Shown here piece by piece: positions 25,271-40,300 of a DNA stretch of 64,000 nt. The stretch is from NCBI RefSeq assembly GCF_018977255.1, contig NW_024704743.1, positions 24,554,001-24,618,000 on the forward strand, given 5' to 3'. The stretch comes from Callorhinchus milii (taxonomy: Eukaryota). How positions within the stretch are numbered: the stretch's first letter is position 1; the number at the start of each line of letters is the position of its first letter. The notes under the pieces are model-generated. The model had not been told where the DNA came from and made no database searches. It saw only the letters and a program-made list of their open reading frames with translations. The translations under genes were made by a program, and so were the position numbers.

Positions 25271-25301
<31 letters not shown>

Positions 25302-25427
25302 ATAAACTGTGGATAAAATAGACTTAAACGATTCTACCTACAAACCATGGGTAAACTGATCTGTCTAGTGAAGCTTTGGTGGTTATTTAGTTCAATTTAT
25401 CGTTCACCCTGAAATTTAAATGTCATC

Positions 25428-25763
25428 AATAATAATATAATAATAATAATAATCCTTGCATTTGATATAGCGCTTTTCACGTCGGGAGGACGTCCCAAAG
25501 CGCTTCACAGAACACACTGTAAAGTGAATTGACTGTATATTTGTGGGCGAACGTGGCAGCCAATTGCGCACAGCAATGTCCCACAAACAGTCGTAGATTG
25601 AAAATGACCAATTTATTATTGTTTTGGTTTTTGGAGGGATTATTATTAGGCTCTGTGTGGAGTAAGGAAACTTGCCCAAGGTTTCGCCCTGACCTGCCTG
25701 GAATTGAACTCAGGTCTCTCGCTTGCAAAGCGAGTGCTCTAACCACTGAGCTACAGGACTCCA
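25428..25763 (-). mobile_element. Full-length young tRNA-Ala Deu SINE
   Basis: Near-identical reverse complement of the 11989 copy. Confidence 0.93.
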
Positions 25764-27796
25764 CAGCCCGATTTTATCATGTGGAGGGAGAGAAAGAGAA
25801 AAAAGAAAAAAAAGATAGGGAGAGAAAGGAGGCAAGTTAGCTGGTTTGTATCAATGTGATGAGTGCCAGGAATTTAAACAGATTAAAACATCCAAGGCTA
25901 ATCATGTCCACTTTTTTTCCAGTCTTCTCTCATGTTGAAATGTTTGTTAAATAAAACCTGAGTAATATACAGTGCCTTCAACTTTTTTTAAAAAAAAGAA
26001 GGTACAGTGATAGATCTGTGGAGTTGTTTTGTTTAAGTTGTGAGTTAGTTTAAAACTTGGAACAACTTGTAGCTCTTTGTCACGAATTTAGTGCTGATCT
26101 CTTGTCTTCGACAGTTGCAAGGATACAACCTTAAACCTTGTAGATAATGTAGAAAAAAAACCCTATTTCCTCACAATCAATTGAATTAATTTAAACTGAG
26201 ATTAAGTGAAGCGGAGTCAGTTAATGTAAATTTTAGCTGGAGGATCATTGGTCTAAATTTGTGTGATAAACTCTGAGATCAGGAATAAAAGGATTATATT
26301 TTAATGTAGAGTTGCTAACATCATAGTTAAGGAAAACTATGCGAAATCTTATGACAACCTGATGAGAAAATAATAATAATCCCTGCATTTGATATAGCGC
26401 TTTTCACGTCTTCTAGACTTCTCAAAGCGCCTCACAGAATATACTGTAAAGTGAATTGACCGTATATTTGTGGGCGAAACAGCGCAGAATGGCTTTGATT
26501 TCTTTTCAGGGTTGGGATGTGCTCCCAAGGTGAAAGGTGCTATGCAAATGTAATGTGTTGTTGTTGTTATTATGGAAACATGCCTAGACACTCGAACGAC
26601 CAATTGATTTATTTGGCATTTGACATGTGTTGAGCATTAAATAAATTGCATCCTATTTAAAGATGGAACCGCGGGTATCATTTAAAGGAAACACATTCCT
26701 GAAAGCTCAATTTTTTTTTCAACTTAGAATCATGCTAAAGTGAGAGAGAAAATAAAGCAACAAAATGTGGCCTATATCCTAATCCTTGCATTTGATGTAG
26801 GGTCTTTCAGGTCAAGAGGATACGACAAAATGCTTTGCAGGATTCACTTTAAAGTGTAGTGACTCTGTATTTTTGTTACCAAATGCCCCACCCAATATGT
26901 GCACAGCAATGTCCCACAAGCAACCATGATGTGAATGACTAATCTTAGCTGGAGGATTATTTTAGCTGGAGGTCAGGACATCAGGAGAAACTTTCTTGTC
27001 AAGAAGTGCCAAGGCCTGAAATTGATTAATACTATATTGTTAATGAGAAACTGGTTTAAAATGAGACTGAGACAAAGTAACAAAGGGTTGCATCAAGTGG
27101 CGTAGCTAGGTAAGGAAATTTAGGTGGGCACCAACTTGTGGTGGACGGACAATGACCAAGGGGGTAGGAAAGGAGTGGAGGAGGGGTTAAGTAGTACACA
27201 TGTGCCTTCAAGCCATAACTGAGCACTCAGCATGGATGCAAGTCTGCACATGCACACTAACTATACCTGTAGTAAAGGTACACACACACACACACACACG
27301 ATGGGTGCCCTTGGAGCTCGAGCCTTTGAAGCAGGACGCAACTTCCTCATTGGCTGGAGAGCGACGGATGCACCTGGGTGCTATTTGGGTGGGTGGTGGC
27401 CCACCCAGGCCTACACCCTTGATTGGATCTATCTGAGAGATTGGCTTCACCAGTTCAGTTATTTTTTGAGAGGTTTTGTTTTTGGCGATGCAGAAACCCA
27501 TCACTATTATTAAGAGTTTGCAAAAACAAACCGAGAATTCCTTGCATCCCACCAACACATGGGAAATTCCCGTGTGTTGGAAGGGATGCATCCTGTTTGC
27601 CTTACTCCAGAGTGTATTCGGCACAGGCTGGCACGAGCTAAAGCTTGGGGACCCTAGCTCCTAGGAAAACCCACTAACGTCCCCTATCAAGTGAGGATAG
27701 ATGTATAATGTGGGGAAAAAAAAGATTTCCTCACAATTAATTTGAAAGCAAATTGTTATTGAATAATATGTATGATTACATATTTGTACGATTTGT

Positions 27797-28117
27797 GGAG
27801 TCCTGTAGCTCAGTGGTTAGAGCACTCGCTTTGCAAGCGAGAGATCTGAGTTCAATTCCAGGCAGCGCGAAACCGTGGGCAAGTTTCCTTACTCCACACG
27901 CCTAATAATAATCCCTCCAAAACCAAAAACAATAATAAATTGGTCATTTTCAATCTACGACTGTTTGTGGGACATTGCTGTGCGCAATTGGCTGCCGCGT
28001 TCGCCCACAAATATACAGTCAATTCACTTTACAGTCTATTCTGTGAAGCGCTTTGGGACGTCCTCCCGACGTGAAAAGCGCTATATCAAATGCAAGGATT
28101 ATTATTATTATTATTAT
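27797..28117 (+). mobile_element. Full-length young tRNA-Ala Deu SINE just upstream of the signal-peptide exon
   Basis: Intact head, Deu domain, tail and (TTA)n end. Confidence 0.93.
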
Positions 28118-28297
28118 AGATTTGACTATTATAATGAGAAGAGTTTAAAGGGATGGAAAATATTGCCGTGTAGCATGCACTGCAAAACAATTCCAAATAA
28201 GGCTGTTATTGTGGTAGGGCCTCATTTAAATATATGGAAAGGCTTCACAAGATGTTTCTTTTTTTTAAGGATGATCATTTCGTTTGGAGCTCTCAAT

Positions 28298-28373
28298 ATG
28301 GGCCTGCTGGAAATAACTGCGGTGGTATTCATTCTGACTGCAAATCTGTCCGTTACTAAATCACAGCAAAGTG
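28298..28373 (+). CDS. col6a6-like: Coding exon 1: signal peptide [25 protein letters not shown](G)
   Basis: Acceptor tttcttttttttaag ends at 28269. ATG at 28298 is in strong Kozak context (aatATGG); an upstream in-frame ATG lies at 28271. Hydrophobic core; donor G|GTATTG is phase 1 and joins exon 2 as GGT. Confidence 0.75.
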
Positions 28374-31300
28374 GTATTGAAACAATTTTATGTGTCTTTA
28401 AGCACTGCTTTCTTTATGTTTCTTAGTGTACTAATGAACTACACATGCCGAAGTTTAACCGATGACTTCATTTTATCTGTCTGATTGTGGTTAAAAAAAT
28501 AAATCAAATTGTAGACATTATTCAGATGGTGAATGTGACTTAGAGATAGTTTTGTTATTAATGTAAACACTGGAAAATAGGAGAGAGACCGCACCAAGTG
28601 TCTAACTTCTCCAAATCAATTATTGTTCTTCTCAAGTAGCTGATATATAAATGAAGGATGGCATAATTTAACACATAAGTTTTTGCATTTATATAGCTTG
28701 CTTCATGCGGGACAGCATCTCGGAATGCATAACTGTCAGTATATATTTAAAAAGTCACTTAAAACCCCAAACTTTCAGGCGTTTTCACAGCTTATTTGAA
28801 AACTTTTATTGAATAGCTTCCACAATTTCTCAATCTTTTTCCTTTGTGAGTGCGAAACTGATCTCTCCGTCCAGTTCCCAGATATCCTGTCTCATCAGCC
28901 ACGTAGGCTGGAAGGCATGTATCCAATAGCCAACCTGCAATGATACAGTAAAACTCACATAAATCTTCTCTTTACAAATCATATAATCACCTAAGTCGTA
29001 CATTCATCCGAATCCCATTCAGTTTCCTATCAAAACCTCTTTGCACTACTCGTATTAATCAACTCCTAACTCGTAACGCCGCTCCCCTACTCTTCACTTC
29101 TCCTGCCCTTATTGTTTGCTTCGAACATTGGGAAATTATGTCATAACCCGTTGACACATGTGGGCTTACCAGCCGCTTGCATTGGGTGGGAAATGTAGTC
29201 TTGATTCGCCAACGCGTGCGCAGAAGAATTTCATTTCTCACAATTCAATGCGATTCCAACGCTTGCCAGTAAGTGCGCATGTGGCAATATGTCACGATGG
29301 GAAACGTAGGCTTGACCCGTCACTGCGTGCACACAGACTGGCTGCGTTGAATTACACATGCGCAGTGTTGATTATTGATTAAATCGGATTCTGTACAGTT
29401 TGCCTGCAACTCGGATTTGGCATCAGTCATATTAAATGTTGTGGTCCCAGTTAATACGACTTACGTGGGTTTTACTGTATTCTCATTTTTAGCTACCGGA
29501 AAATGTGCAGAATTGTAACTTGATAGCCTAAGCAGATTAAGGAACAATTTTGGAGACATTTGAATGAATCAGTGAATGACATGAACCACTGCTTCACAGC
29601 CATGACTGATGGACAGACACCCAGTTCAGCATTTCATATGTATGTTGACCTCATGGAGAATCACTAATTTGATCATTAGCGTGAGCTCAATGAATGCAAG
29701 AGATGTCAAGAAGATCATCCTTATTGCCATGATAAAAAAACAATTGGCTCCACAAATCATAATTTGCTGACCTAGAGCAGACAGCACAATAACCTTTGCA
29801 CCCTGGAGCCAGTTGAATATTTCTGTTGGAGACAAGAACAGATTTCATCCATTTTTTCCTTCCTCTTTGAGGAGCTGCCTATTTCTCCTCAGTGGTTCCT
29901 TGCAGCATAAAGATAAGATGGTTGATTGAAAATTCATCCTCCATTCCCATGTTACCAGTGATATAGTGACATTGCATTGCTTTGTCCTAGCTATCTTTTT
30001 CTGTAGGAGTCTTAATGTCACTCACTAGTTGAGTTAAAAGGAGCCCTGTCACCATGGTAAATGTTCTGCAAGATAAGGGATAAAATTTGTGGTGCTCCTT
30101 AACACATTTACAAAAATCCTATCCAAATCAAAGAAAGAGCTATCCAAATCCAAAAGAGAAGATCACAGAGTAACCTGTGACAATACCATAGCACTGAAAG
30201 CCATATCTGACACTGAAAGTGGAATACAGTCAAACCTCTTTTCAGTGATCCCTCAGAGGACTGGACCAAAGTGGCCTTTATAGAAACATAGAAAGAGGAG
30301 TAGAGCCCTTGAGCCTATTCCTCCATTTTATAAGATAATGGCTGATCTGTAACTCAGGTCCAGTTACCCGCCCTTGCCCCATATCCCTTAATACCCTGAT
30401 CTTTATGTAAGTATGACCTCTGAGTAAGGGTTCTTTGGTTTGCTGACCAGGTCCAATTTTTTTTTTAAATTTCCACAGTCCAGCAGATTCCACTACAATC
30501 CTAGCTCATTTACCAGCGCTGCCTCACTTCACTTAGAACTGTGCTGAAAAGGGTGCCTGTACTCCCAACAGGCTAGAAAAAAGAATGGCCACTGGTTGTG
30601 CTAGATAGGTGGTTGCTGAATAGAGGTGGTTTACTGTCAAAATCAGTCGGGACTGTTCCGTGGGTGGTTGTTGACAGCAGGTGGTTGGAAGGGAATTCCT
30701 TCTACTTAATAACATCACCACCCTCTTAAGCCAGCAGTTTCTGTTTTCATAAGGTTCTGAATACTTCTCTGTTCTCCCTAAGACCCGCATCACTTGCAGC
30801 CAAGAGGGTGGTTTGTGGTTAACTGCAAGCAAGCCTTTGCTAATAGCTTGTAGTGCTAACTGAGTACAGCTTTGTTTTGTGAGCCCATGCCCACTTGGAA
30901 TCGATTGGAACTGCTGAACTCAGTTTCTGCAAGACACCATTACAGCTCGCTGGCAGAGGTGCTTTTTATCCCTTCAATCTTGAAAACAGGGTTATAGAGG
31001 TGAAGGAAAGCCATGTTTAGTGTTCCAAATCCCAAGTCTAATATGTTTAATAAAATAAATATTTAAAAATAAATATCTTTGAAATAATTTTTGTAAATCA
31101 AATTGGTTGTCTAATATTTGGATAAATGACATCCATTCATTAATGTCAGTGTTTGTTTTACATGTGAATATTTTCTGTGATAACTCAATTCTTGTTATTC
31201 TGAATTGACACTCCAGGTGAAGTTTATTCCGATGTCGTGTTTCTAGTTGATGGATCTCGATATGCGAGACCACCAGCATTTCAAAAAGTAAAGAACTTTA

Positions 31301-34300
31301 TTACGCAAATCATTGACAAGCTGAACATTGTTGAGAACGGTTACAGAATCGGACTTGCTCAATACAGCGGGGATGCCAAAACTGAATTCCTACTGAACAG
31401 ATTTCAACAAAAGGATGAGGTGATGAATTACCTTAGGAGGAATTACATGTTCAAGGGTGGAGGAGCACTAAGAACAGGGCGTGCTATCTCACATCTGCAG
31501 ACTAACTTCTTCACAACAGCTGCTGGAAGCCGGCAGGTTGATGGAGTTCCTCAGATTGCAGTAGTAATAACTACTGCACGGTCACAAGATGATGTTGAAG
31601 CAGATTCCAAAGCACTGAAAAAACGTGGTGTAAGAATCATCTCAGTTGGTATAGGGAATTCAGACATAAGTGAGCTGGAGAAGATCGCTTTTCTTCCCAA
31701 TTATCCATTTCTGTTCCAAACATCTGGCTTTGAAAACCTTATTCGTGCATCCGAAGTGTCTAGCGCCATCATGATGATAACACAAAGAGAGTTTCTGCAT
31801 AAAGAGATCAAAGCACCAGCAGGTAAGATCTGGAGGAATTGAAACTCCTTTCAAAAACCCATCACAATCTAATCCGCTGCCCCCCCCCCCCCACTGTCCA
31901 GCAGTCAAATGCATTTCCCACCACTTCTATGGACATATAATTTTCACCTCTCACAACCTTCCCTTTTCAAAATAAAATAAAGCATTATACAATGCAAATT
32001 AATATTTTTTTTATATAGCTCCATTCATGTTGAGAAGTTGTCCCAAGGTGCTTAACAATCCTGACCAATTACCCAAGCTAGGGGTGGGAGCCGAAGGCGG
32101 TGGGGCAGGGAAAAATGACTGAAAGTGCAGACAAAGGGGTGGATCTTGAGACAGATTTTGAATGACGTGAGGGAGGGGGTGAATTGAAGGGATTCCAGGT
32201 TGGAGTTCCAGAGCGTGAGGGCTGAAAGGCTGAATTACCCAATTACCGATGGAGGGGACATGAAGCAGGCCGGTGCTCACTGAGCAAAAGTAACGGCCAG
32301 GTCAGTAGGATTTTTGAAGGTCGTAAGAGGGATGAATCCATGGAGAAATTTCAAAGTGAGGACGAGGATATTAAATTTGTATCAGAGTCCGGAGTCAGTC
32401 TTCTTAGATCAGATGATCACTCCACTTTATTCTTCCTTTGCTGTCACGAGGATCATTCCGGTTCTCCCCCAAAAAAGTATTGTATGACAAGCATACGGGA
32501 TAGGTATATACCCCGTACAACAGGGCACAAATGAAATAAAAAATGCTACTAAATGGCAATCAATGGGAAAATAAAAAAAGTTAAGTAAAAATATTGCAGA
32601 GCTTATAGCAAGAATGGAGAGGGTGAAGCTGCATCAAATTATATGTCGAAATAAGTGAAAAATAAGATTAGGGGAGCAAGAGAGAACTGGAAAGCAAAAT
32701 AAGAGTAGATTGAAAATATGATGCCAAAACGTCTTCTAACAGAGCAGACAGGGTATCATTTATAACCCTAAAGGCTGGAAAGGGGGTCAAAAAGAGGTTG
32801 CAGGCATATTCAGAGAACTTCTCTTGTGATCTTGAGTGAGTTCACTGAGCAATTGTAAGGACCAATTGCATTTAGCACATGCATACTTAAAGCATTCCTC
32901 CTACCCCACTGTTTTTTATTATACCCATTTCAAAATACTCCCTGCCCCCCGACATACATACTTTGTAATCATATTGCTGATTTTGCCATGTCAAGGTAAC
33001 ATTAATAGCAATATAATTAGTGTTGAACAATTCAAGAAAGCAATTTTAATGCTACTAGGCAGATTCTAGGGGAAAAATAAATTGGAAAGGAAAACAATTA
33101 CAGGAAATGGCAACCTACGAATGAAAAATTAAAATAAATAGTTAATCTGCAAATCTTGGAAAATTAAAAGAATAGAATGAATATTTAGCCATAGTAACTT
33201 AATAGAGAGATGTAGACGTTTAGTTACCGAGTAGAAATTGTGTATCTTGCAAAGCAAATTGTATTGTATTACACTCAGTGGCTTAATATTGCTCTCTCTA
33301 TTTGTAGCATGCAAATCTGCAAACTTGGCTGATATAGTTTTCCTTGTGGATCAATCAAGAAGCATTGGAGAAAGAAACTTTCAACTGATCCGCTTATTTC
33401 TGACCAGGTTTATCAATGCGCTGGATGTCGCTGGTGATAAAATACATATTGGTTTGGTTCAGTACAACACTGTTGCATTTCCAGAATTTTATTTTACGAC
33501 GTATCAGTCCAAGAATGAAATGATCCAACACATTAAAAAAACAAATTACAGGGGAGGGGAAGCAAACACTGGAGCTGCACTTGATTACATAAGGTTGAAC
33601 TACTTTACACCACATGCTGGTGGTCGAAAGAAGCAAGGAATTCCTCAAATTGCAATTGTGATTACTGATGGAAAGTCCAAGTACGATGTAAAAAAAGCAG
33701 CTAGTGCTCTTCGTCGTACCGGTGTTACTGTGTACGCTGTAGGAACAAAAGACGCTAATCAAAATGAACTAAGCAAAATTGCCTCATATCCTTCTGAAAA
33801 TTTTGTTTCAACTATCGAGAGTTTTGGACGACCATCAAATATTGAAAGGATTCTCCAGAAAAGAGTTTGTGTTGAGATCATCAATCAAAATTCGGTACTG
33901 CCTGAGAAAGTAACCCAACTTCAGGAAGGTGAGTATGAATGTGCACAATGTTTCTTTTTTTCCATAATATATTTTTGCAAGTAAATTTATGGTAAAGTTC
34001 AGGACCTTCTTTCCCATTTTTGTGTAGTAATAATAATAATCCTTGCACGTAGCATATTTCATATAGGGAGGATGTCTCAAAGCGCTTCACAGGATTTATT
34101 GTAAAGTGTAATGACTGTGTATTTTGTACAATTGGATTGTAAAGTAAGTGTCAGACAATCATATTCTGAAAGAATAATCATTAGTATTCTATTTAATGAA
34201 CCTTTTTTCCTACATTTAGCTAAAAATGTACTTGCTTTTCCTGAAATTAAAGAAAACAATGTCTAAATCTGTTCACATCGCCACAAACACTTACCCTATT

Positions 34301-37300
34301 GCGAAGCCTTCAGACTCAGGTTGGCAAGAGCCAAGGCTTGGTGCTTTGGAATACTACTGGGGTTTAACAAGCTAAAACCATATAGCTTGCCATTGAATGT
34401 ACTGTCTGGCAAGCTTCCCACTACTTGGACTACCCTACCCATTAGGGCTTTGACTTGCAGGGTTAACAGGAACTGAGTAGGAAGAATCCCTGCCTGCAGT
34501 GACTGGTCTGTCTCTCCAAGACCTAGTGATGAGTCAGGCTGCCTGGACTGTCATTGACATGCTCTGAGTACTAAGGACCCACCTAGCTCAGGCTCTGGAT
34601 TATCAAGACCATCACAGAGGGCTGGCTCCATTTCGATATTCCATTGCCAAGCACATCAACTTGGAACCAGTTCAGGTCCAAGAACAACAACAAATTACAT
34701 TTGTATAGCGTCTTTCACATCAGGTGGATGTTCCAAAGCCCTGCTTATCTCCTCCATGCAAAGAGGATTATGACTAGTTGGTCATTTGACTTCTGACAAG
34801 TGCAGATTTAAGCCCTCACTCGGTGGATGCTGAGTATCATGAACTCCCTGTGAGCTTTCTGGTGAGCACAAAGCTCAGCATGAAAGCATTGCCACCATCA
34901 TCAGACTATGATTTAATACACTTGTTTTAAACTAAGTAGGTTTAGACATTCCGGACCGAAGTGTTTGAAAATATGGTACTCAGAAATGTATTATAGTTTA
35001 ATATATACAATGGAATATATCTGCACATTATTTTTCCCAATTGAAAAAATGTCACTTTGTCTTTTCAGGATGCATGGAAACTGATGAAGCTGATCTATTT
35101 TTCCTAATCCATGGATCAGACAGCATAAAACCCGAGGACTTTACAGACATGAAGCAATTCATGTTAGATATTATTCACAAATTCAAGATCGGTGTGGATA
35201 GGGTGCGGGTTAGTGTTGTCCAGTATGGGTACGCTCCCCAAACAGTTTTCAGCATCACTCAATATACCACAAACAAGGACGTGGAAGCTGCAATTAAAAG
35301 AATGACTTTGATACGAGAATTGCAAACGGTCACCGGGAAAGCACTGGAATTTATCAAGGATCGCTTCAAAGAAATAGATCAGAGTGATAAAAACAGGGCA
35401 CAACGCTTCCTGATCACCATTACGGATCAGAAATCAGAGGATGATGTTTCGATACCTGCTTCAGAGCTGAGGCAGAGGGGAGTAGTTGTTTACAGCATCG
35501 GCGTGGAGAAAGCAGATCATTCTGAAATGTTTCAGATTGCAGGGGACCTGGACAGGATGTTTTACACCGATAACTATGATGCCTTGACAGCCATAAAAAA
35601 TAAGGTTTTACGGGATATGTGTTCAAAGGAAGGTATGAGATATAGGTTTCTCTTAAGTAATAAGACATTGGTGGGTTTCACTTTTAATAATCTGCAAGGG
35701 GGAGATGTGATTGATTGGGGCTGTGTAAAACCTTTTTTTTTCGGTAAGCCATGTGTCCGAGACATATAGATTTCCATCACTATGCTTAACAGTACCCAAA
35801 CCTGAGAGTTCCACTTATGCATCAAAATATTCATTTGTCTGCTCTAGATTGCACTCTGTCTCTCCACTGGGATGCACCCTGCTGCCTAATCCTGGAAAGT
35901 AATAGGTACAGGTTGGTAAGAGCCAATGCTTGAAGACTTCAGAGTGTGCATTGGGATACTATTACCTCTGTACTCATTTACATAGATAAAAAGAGCTGAA
36001 TAGAAATAATCTATGCTCTCAATGACTGGTCTGCCCCTCTAAGTCTCGCAAACAAGCCAGGCTGGCTGGTTCATCATCAACAGCATTGAAGACCAGTTTG
36101 ACTCAGGAATCGGACCACCAAGATCACCACAGAGAATTGATTTATTTTCAGTGTTCCATTGCCAGTGTGTCACCTTGTAGCCAACTCAACCCCAAAGAAA
36201 CCCTATTTACCTGAATGAATGTAAGAACAGCGGTATTTAACATAGATGTTCATCGACATGTATTAGGGTGAAATGGAGACATATGGGGGCAAACTGGAAG
36301 CAATTTGATAGAGGGACTCAGAGAAACACTGGGATTTGGTGTGGGTGGGTGAGAAGTCCGGGCAAAGAAGTAAACAACATGGTATATGTGGGGACTATCA
36401 GTAGATGGCAACCCCAATTGTGCTGGTAGATAAAACGAGGTGCCGGAAGGGGGATTCAGTGTGTCAGCCTGGAAGCGACAATAAGTTCATAGCTGAATTT
36501 CTGAACAGATGGGATAAAGTCATGTGACTTGACTCCAGATCGTATTCGTGGTATCTAATTTTCTTGTCTGATACTTTTCAATAAAGTCAACATAAAGCTT
36601 TTTGTAACAGCTTACTCAGTGCTCAGGTTACTACTCCAAGGTGACATGTTTGGCAAGTCAAATGTCAAAATCAAGCCAACCTTCAGTGGCAATCTCGGTA
36701 ATCTAGTTTTTGAGCCAGGCAGGTCCACAACACTGTTTAAGAAAGCCAAGCCAGTTATCAGGAGGACTTGGAAGGACAGACTTGGAAGCATGGATTCTTC
36801 CTGTAATATTACTCGATCCAAATCAAGGGTGTGTCAGCAGCTTCTTTATTTGTCAATTGACACTCAATAATTCACCACTCTAAAACCACACACTCATTCC
36901 CATTCTCAGTGTTATTTTTTCCTTCCTGCCCTTCTTCTTATTGGTCCATTTGTTAATTGTCAATTTACTCTTGAAGGAGTATCCAACGCTTCCCACTGAG
37001 CTCCCACTAACTTTGCACCTAATACTCTCCGAAATTAGAAAGCGAAGGATTTGTCCCTGTAGGGAGAGAGTGCACACTTCATTCCAATCCAGTATACATC
37101 TCTGCAATTTCCATGTGCATGGAATGTGTGGAACTCTCAGTTTGGTTTGGATACTCTAAAGCATGATGATGGATTCCGCATGTGTCAGACACCCTGCTGA
37201 CCAAGAAAGCTGCTCACATAATGCTTTGTTACTGTTTGTTATAGTTATACTCCCCATCCGCATAAACCACTCAAGTCCCAGAAACGCTGAAACAAACCTG

Positions 37301-40300
37301 AACAAGTTGAACTGTTGGTATAATGTGGCAACATTGAAAACATAAGCATTTTCCCCACTTTATTTTTCTTCAGCCTGCAGTAAGCTAGAAGTGGCCGATA
37401 TCATTTTCCTGATTGACGGATCGAGAAGCATTTATTTCAAAGATTTTATCACAATGAAAGTGTTTATGGAGACCTTGATCAACAAAACCCAAGTTGGTGA
37501 AAACCGAGTCCAATTCGGTGTGATCCAATTCAGCACACAAACCCAATTGGAATTCCAGCTCAACCAATATTACGACAAAGATAAACTGATGCAAGCTGTT
37601 GGTGACATCCAGCAACTGGAGGGGCTGACCAGTACGGGCAAAGCACTGAACTTCACAGCAAAGTACTTTGATGAAGCACAAGGTGGACGGCCCCATGAGA
37701 GACAATACCTGATAGTGATCACAGATGGCGAGGCGCAGGATGAGGTTTACACACCTGCCAAAGCCATAAGAGATAAAGGAATTACTGTTTTTGCCATTGG
37801 TGTATACAATGCTAACAACAGTCAGCTTGTGGACATTGCAGGCTCCCAGGACCAAGTTTACCATGTGGAGAATTTTGACGCATTGGGCAGCTTAGAAAAG
37901 TTAATTTCATTCGAAGTGTGCAGTCCATTGCATGGTGAGTAAAAGCTGCTGTGATTATTTGGTTGCCTAATGGATTCTGAGAATGCAACCTATAGCTTAA
38001 CAATGTATTCAGAATAGTAACAACTTGCACTTGTCTAGCGCCTTTCTTTCATTTAAAACACTTTAAAGAGCTTCAAAGAGACAAATTGGGAACTAAGCAG
38101 AGTGGGAAATAAGGAATAAGAAGGTGAATGAGTGAAGTTGCAGTCAAAGAAGTAGATTTCTAGAAGGGAGTTGAAAATGGAGAGGAAGGGTGCGAGGGGG
38201 TTAGATTTAGGGAGAGATTTCCAGAGCATGGAGACAAAGTGGTTGAAAGCTTGCCCACCTTTTAAGGAATGGGGGATGTAGAGCAGGTCTGAGTTAGCAA
38301 TGTAGAAGGAGTGGGCAAGGCAGTCAGACTGCAAGAGATCAAAGGTGGGGCAAGTGCACGGAGGCATTTGAAAGTTAGAACGAGGACCTTATATGTAGAG
38401 CTAGCAGCAACATGTCCAACCAATCTAAATGGGCCTCCTTCACTTTCAAATTAACATTAACAGCTGAAAATTATGCTGAACATTGTTCTCACGTTAGATT
38501 TTTTTTTAATTGGGAGAAAAAAGTCAAAGGAAGGCCAAGCAGTTCAGGTAGTGAATGCAAGTTTGCTAATCGTTGTTTATTGCACATTTTCTTCGACAGA
38601 GTGCAAGAGAATAGAAGTTGCAGACATTGTTTTTGTAATAAGCGGATCAGACAGCATCGGCGCTGTTCAGCTCGACAGCATGAAGCGCTTCATGATTGCG
38701 GTGGCCAACCGCTCAGAAGTTGACGCGAAAGGTGTCCAATTTGGAGTCGTGTTGTACGGGGATTCTCCTCAAACTAAGTTCCAAATGAACGAGTTCCATA
38801 GCAAAGCTGGAATCAGGACGGCAATTTCCCAAATACAGAAAACAACAAGCGGGTCTGCGAGCGCAGCAAAGGCTCTAAAACATGCAGCGGGGCTCTTATC
38901 TTCAGAAAAGGGCGGTCGGAAATCTCAAGAAGTGCCACAGTTCCTGATTGTCATTACTGATACCAAAGCTGCGGATGCAGTAGATTTGCCAGCTATAACT
39001 AAAGGCATTAGAGAAGATAACATTAAAATCTACGGCATTGGCGTTGGTCGGGTAGAACAAAGAGAACTTGAGAAAATCACAGGATCCACAGAGGGAAACT
39101 TTTACGCTCAGGACTTTGGCCAATTGCAAGACTTATCCAGGATAATTTCTCAGCTGTTGTGCAACGGATCGAAGCTAGGTAAGCAATTGTCTGAAAGTAA
39201 ATTGAACACAATGGAGAGCCACGAGACATGGAAGGAACATTTTAAAATTGTCACAGCCGTAAAGTCTTAAAGAACCACAGAACCTCTCTTTGCTTCTGTC
39301 AGCTTGGGGCTACCATCCTAGGCTGATATATAAAGTAAAACTAGCATCGAAGACAGAAGCTTCATCACATAAATTCATCGCTCTTACACTTCAAATGGTG
39401 ACATTTCTCATGGCACTGCGTGCAGCAACTTTGATGTCCATTTATAACAGGATTTCTCATCACAAACACTTAACAGCAAGAAGAATTTCTTATCTGTTAT
39501 TCATTGAAACTTTCTAAAACATGTAAATGGCTTACATCATAAACAAGTCAAACATATCTGATGGACTGCGTGGTACCCTAATGCACAAAGCACCTTAATT
39601 ATATTGCAAGCAATTAGAGTGAAGTATGGGTGGTGCAATTTTATTCCAGTGTTTATGGTTGTTATAGTACACATTTGTATGAATATTAATAACAATTGTG
39701 GACATTTACAGTATATTCTGTGAAGTGCTTTGAGACATCTTGAAGATGTGATAAGGTGCTATATCAAATCTCTAACCCCTCATCGCTCCCTCCCCTCACC
39801 CTGACCATTTCCCCCCTGCTCGGGTCCTGACTCAACTGTCCAGCGCCTTGGGACCTCCTCCCGACGTGAAAGGCGCTCTATAAATGAAATCTTGTTGTTG
39901 TAAGTATTATTATTATCAAGAGCACTCGCCTTGCAAGCAAGAGGACCTAGGTTCGATTCCCAGCAGGGAGAAACATTGGGCATGTTTCCTTACTTCGCAT
40001 GCTTCTGTTTACCCAGCAGTAAGTAGGAACTTGGTCGTTAGTCGACCAGCAGATTGCTTTTCTGGCGGTAATAATCCCTTAAAAAATAATAATAATAATA
40101 ATTTGGTCACTTAAACCACAACTGTTTGTGGGACACTGCTACGTGCAATTGGCTGCCGCATGTTGCCCACAAAACAGTCAATTCACTTTACAGTATATTT
40201 TGTGAAGCGCTTTGAGACGTCTAGATGACGTGAAAAGCGCTATATCAAATGCAAGGATTATCAAAACACAAAATACTGCAGATGCTGGAATCTGTAACAA

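Noticed and set aside
6952..28117. Recurrent ~87-aa ORF MGKFPYSTQSLIII...KCKDYYYY in several places, resembling a small gene family
   Set aside because: It is the SINE body read from a TTG/GTG codon. Recurrence reflects SINE copy identity, and the poly-Tyr comes from the (TTA)n tail.
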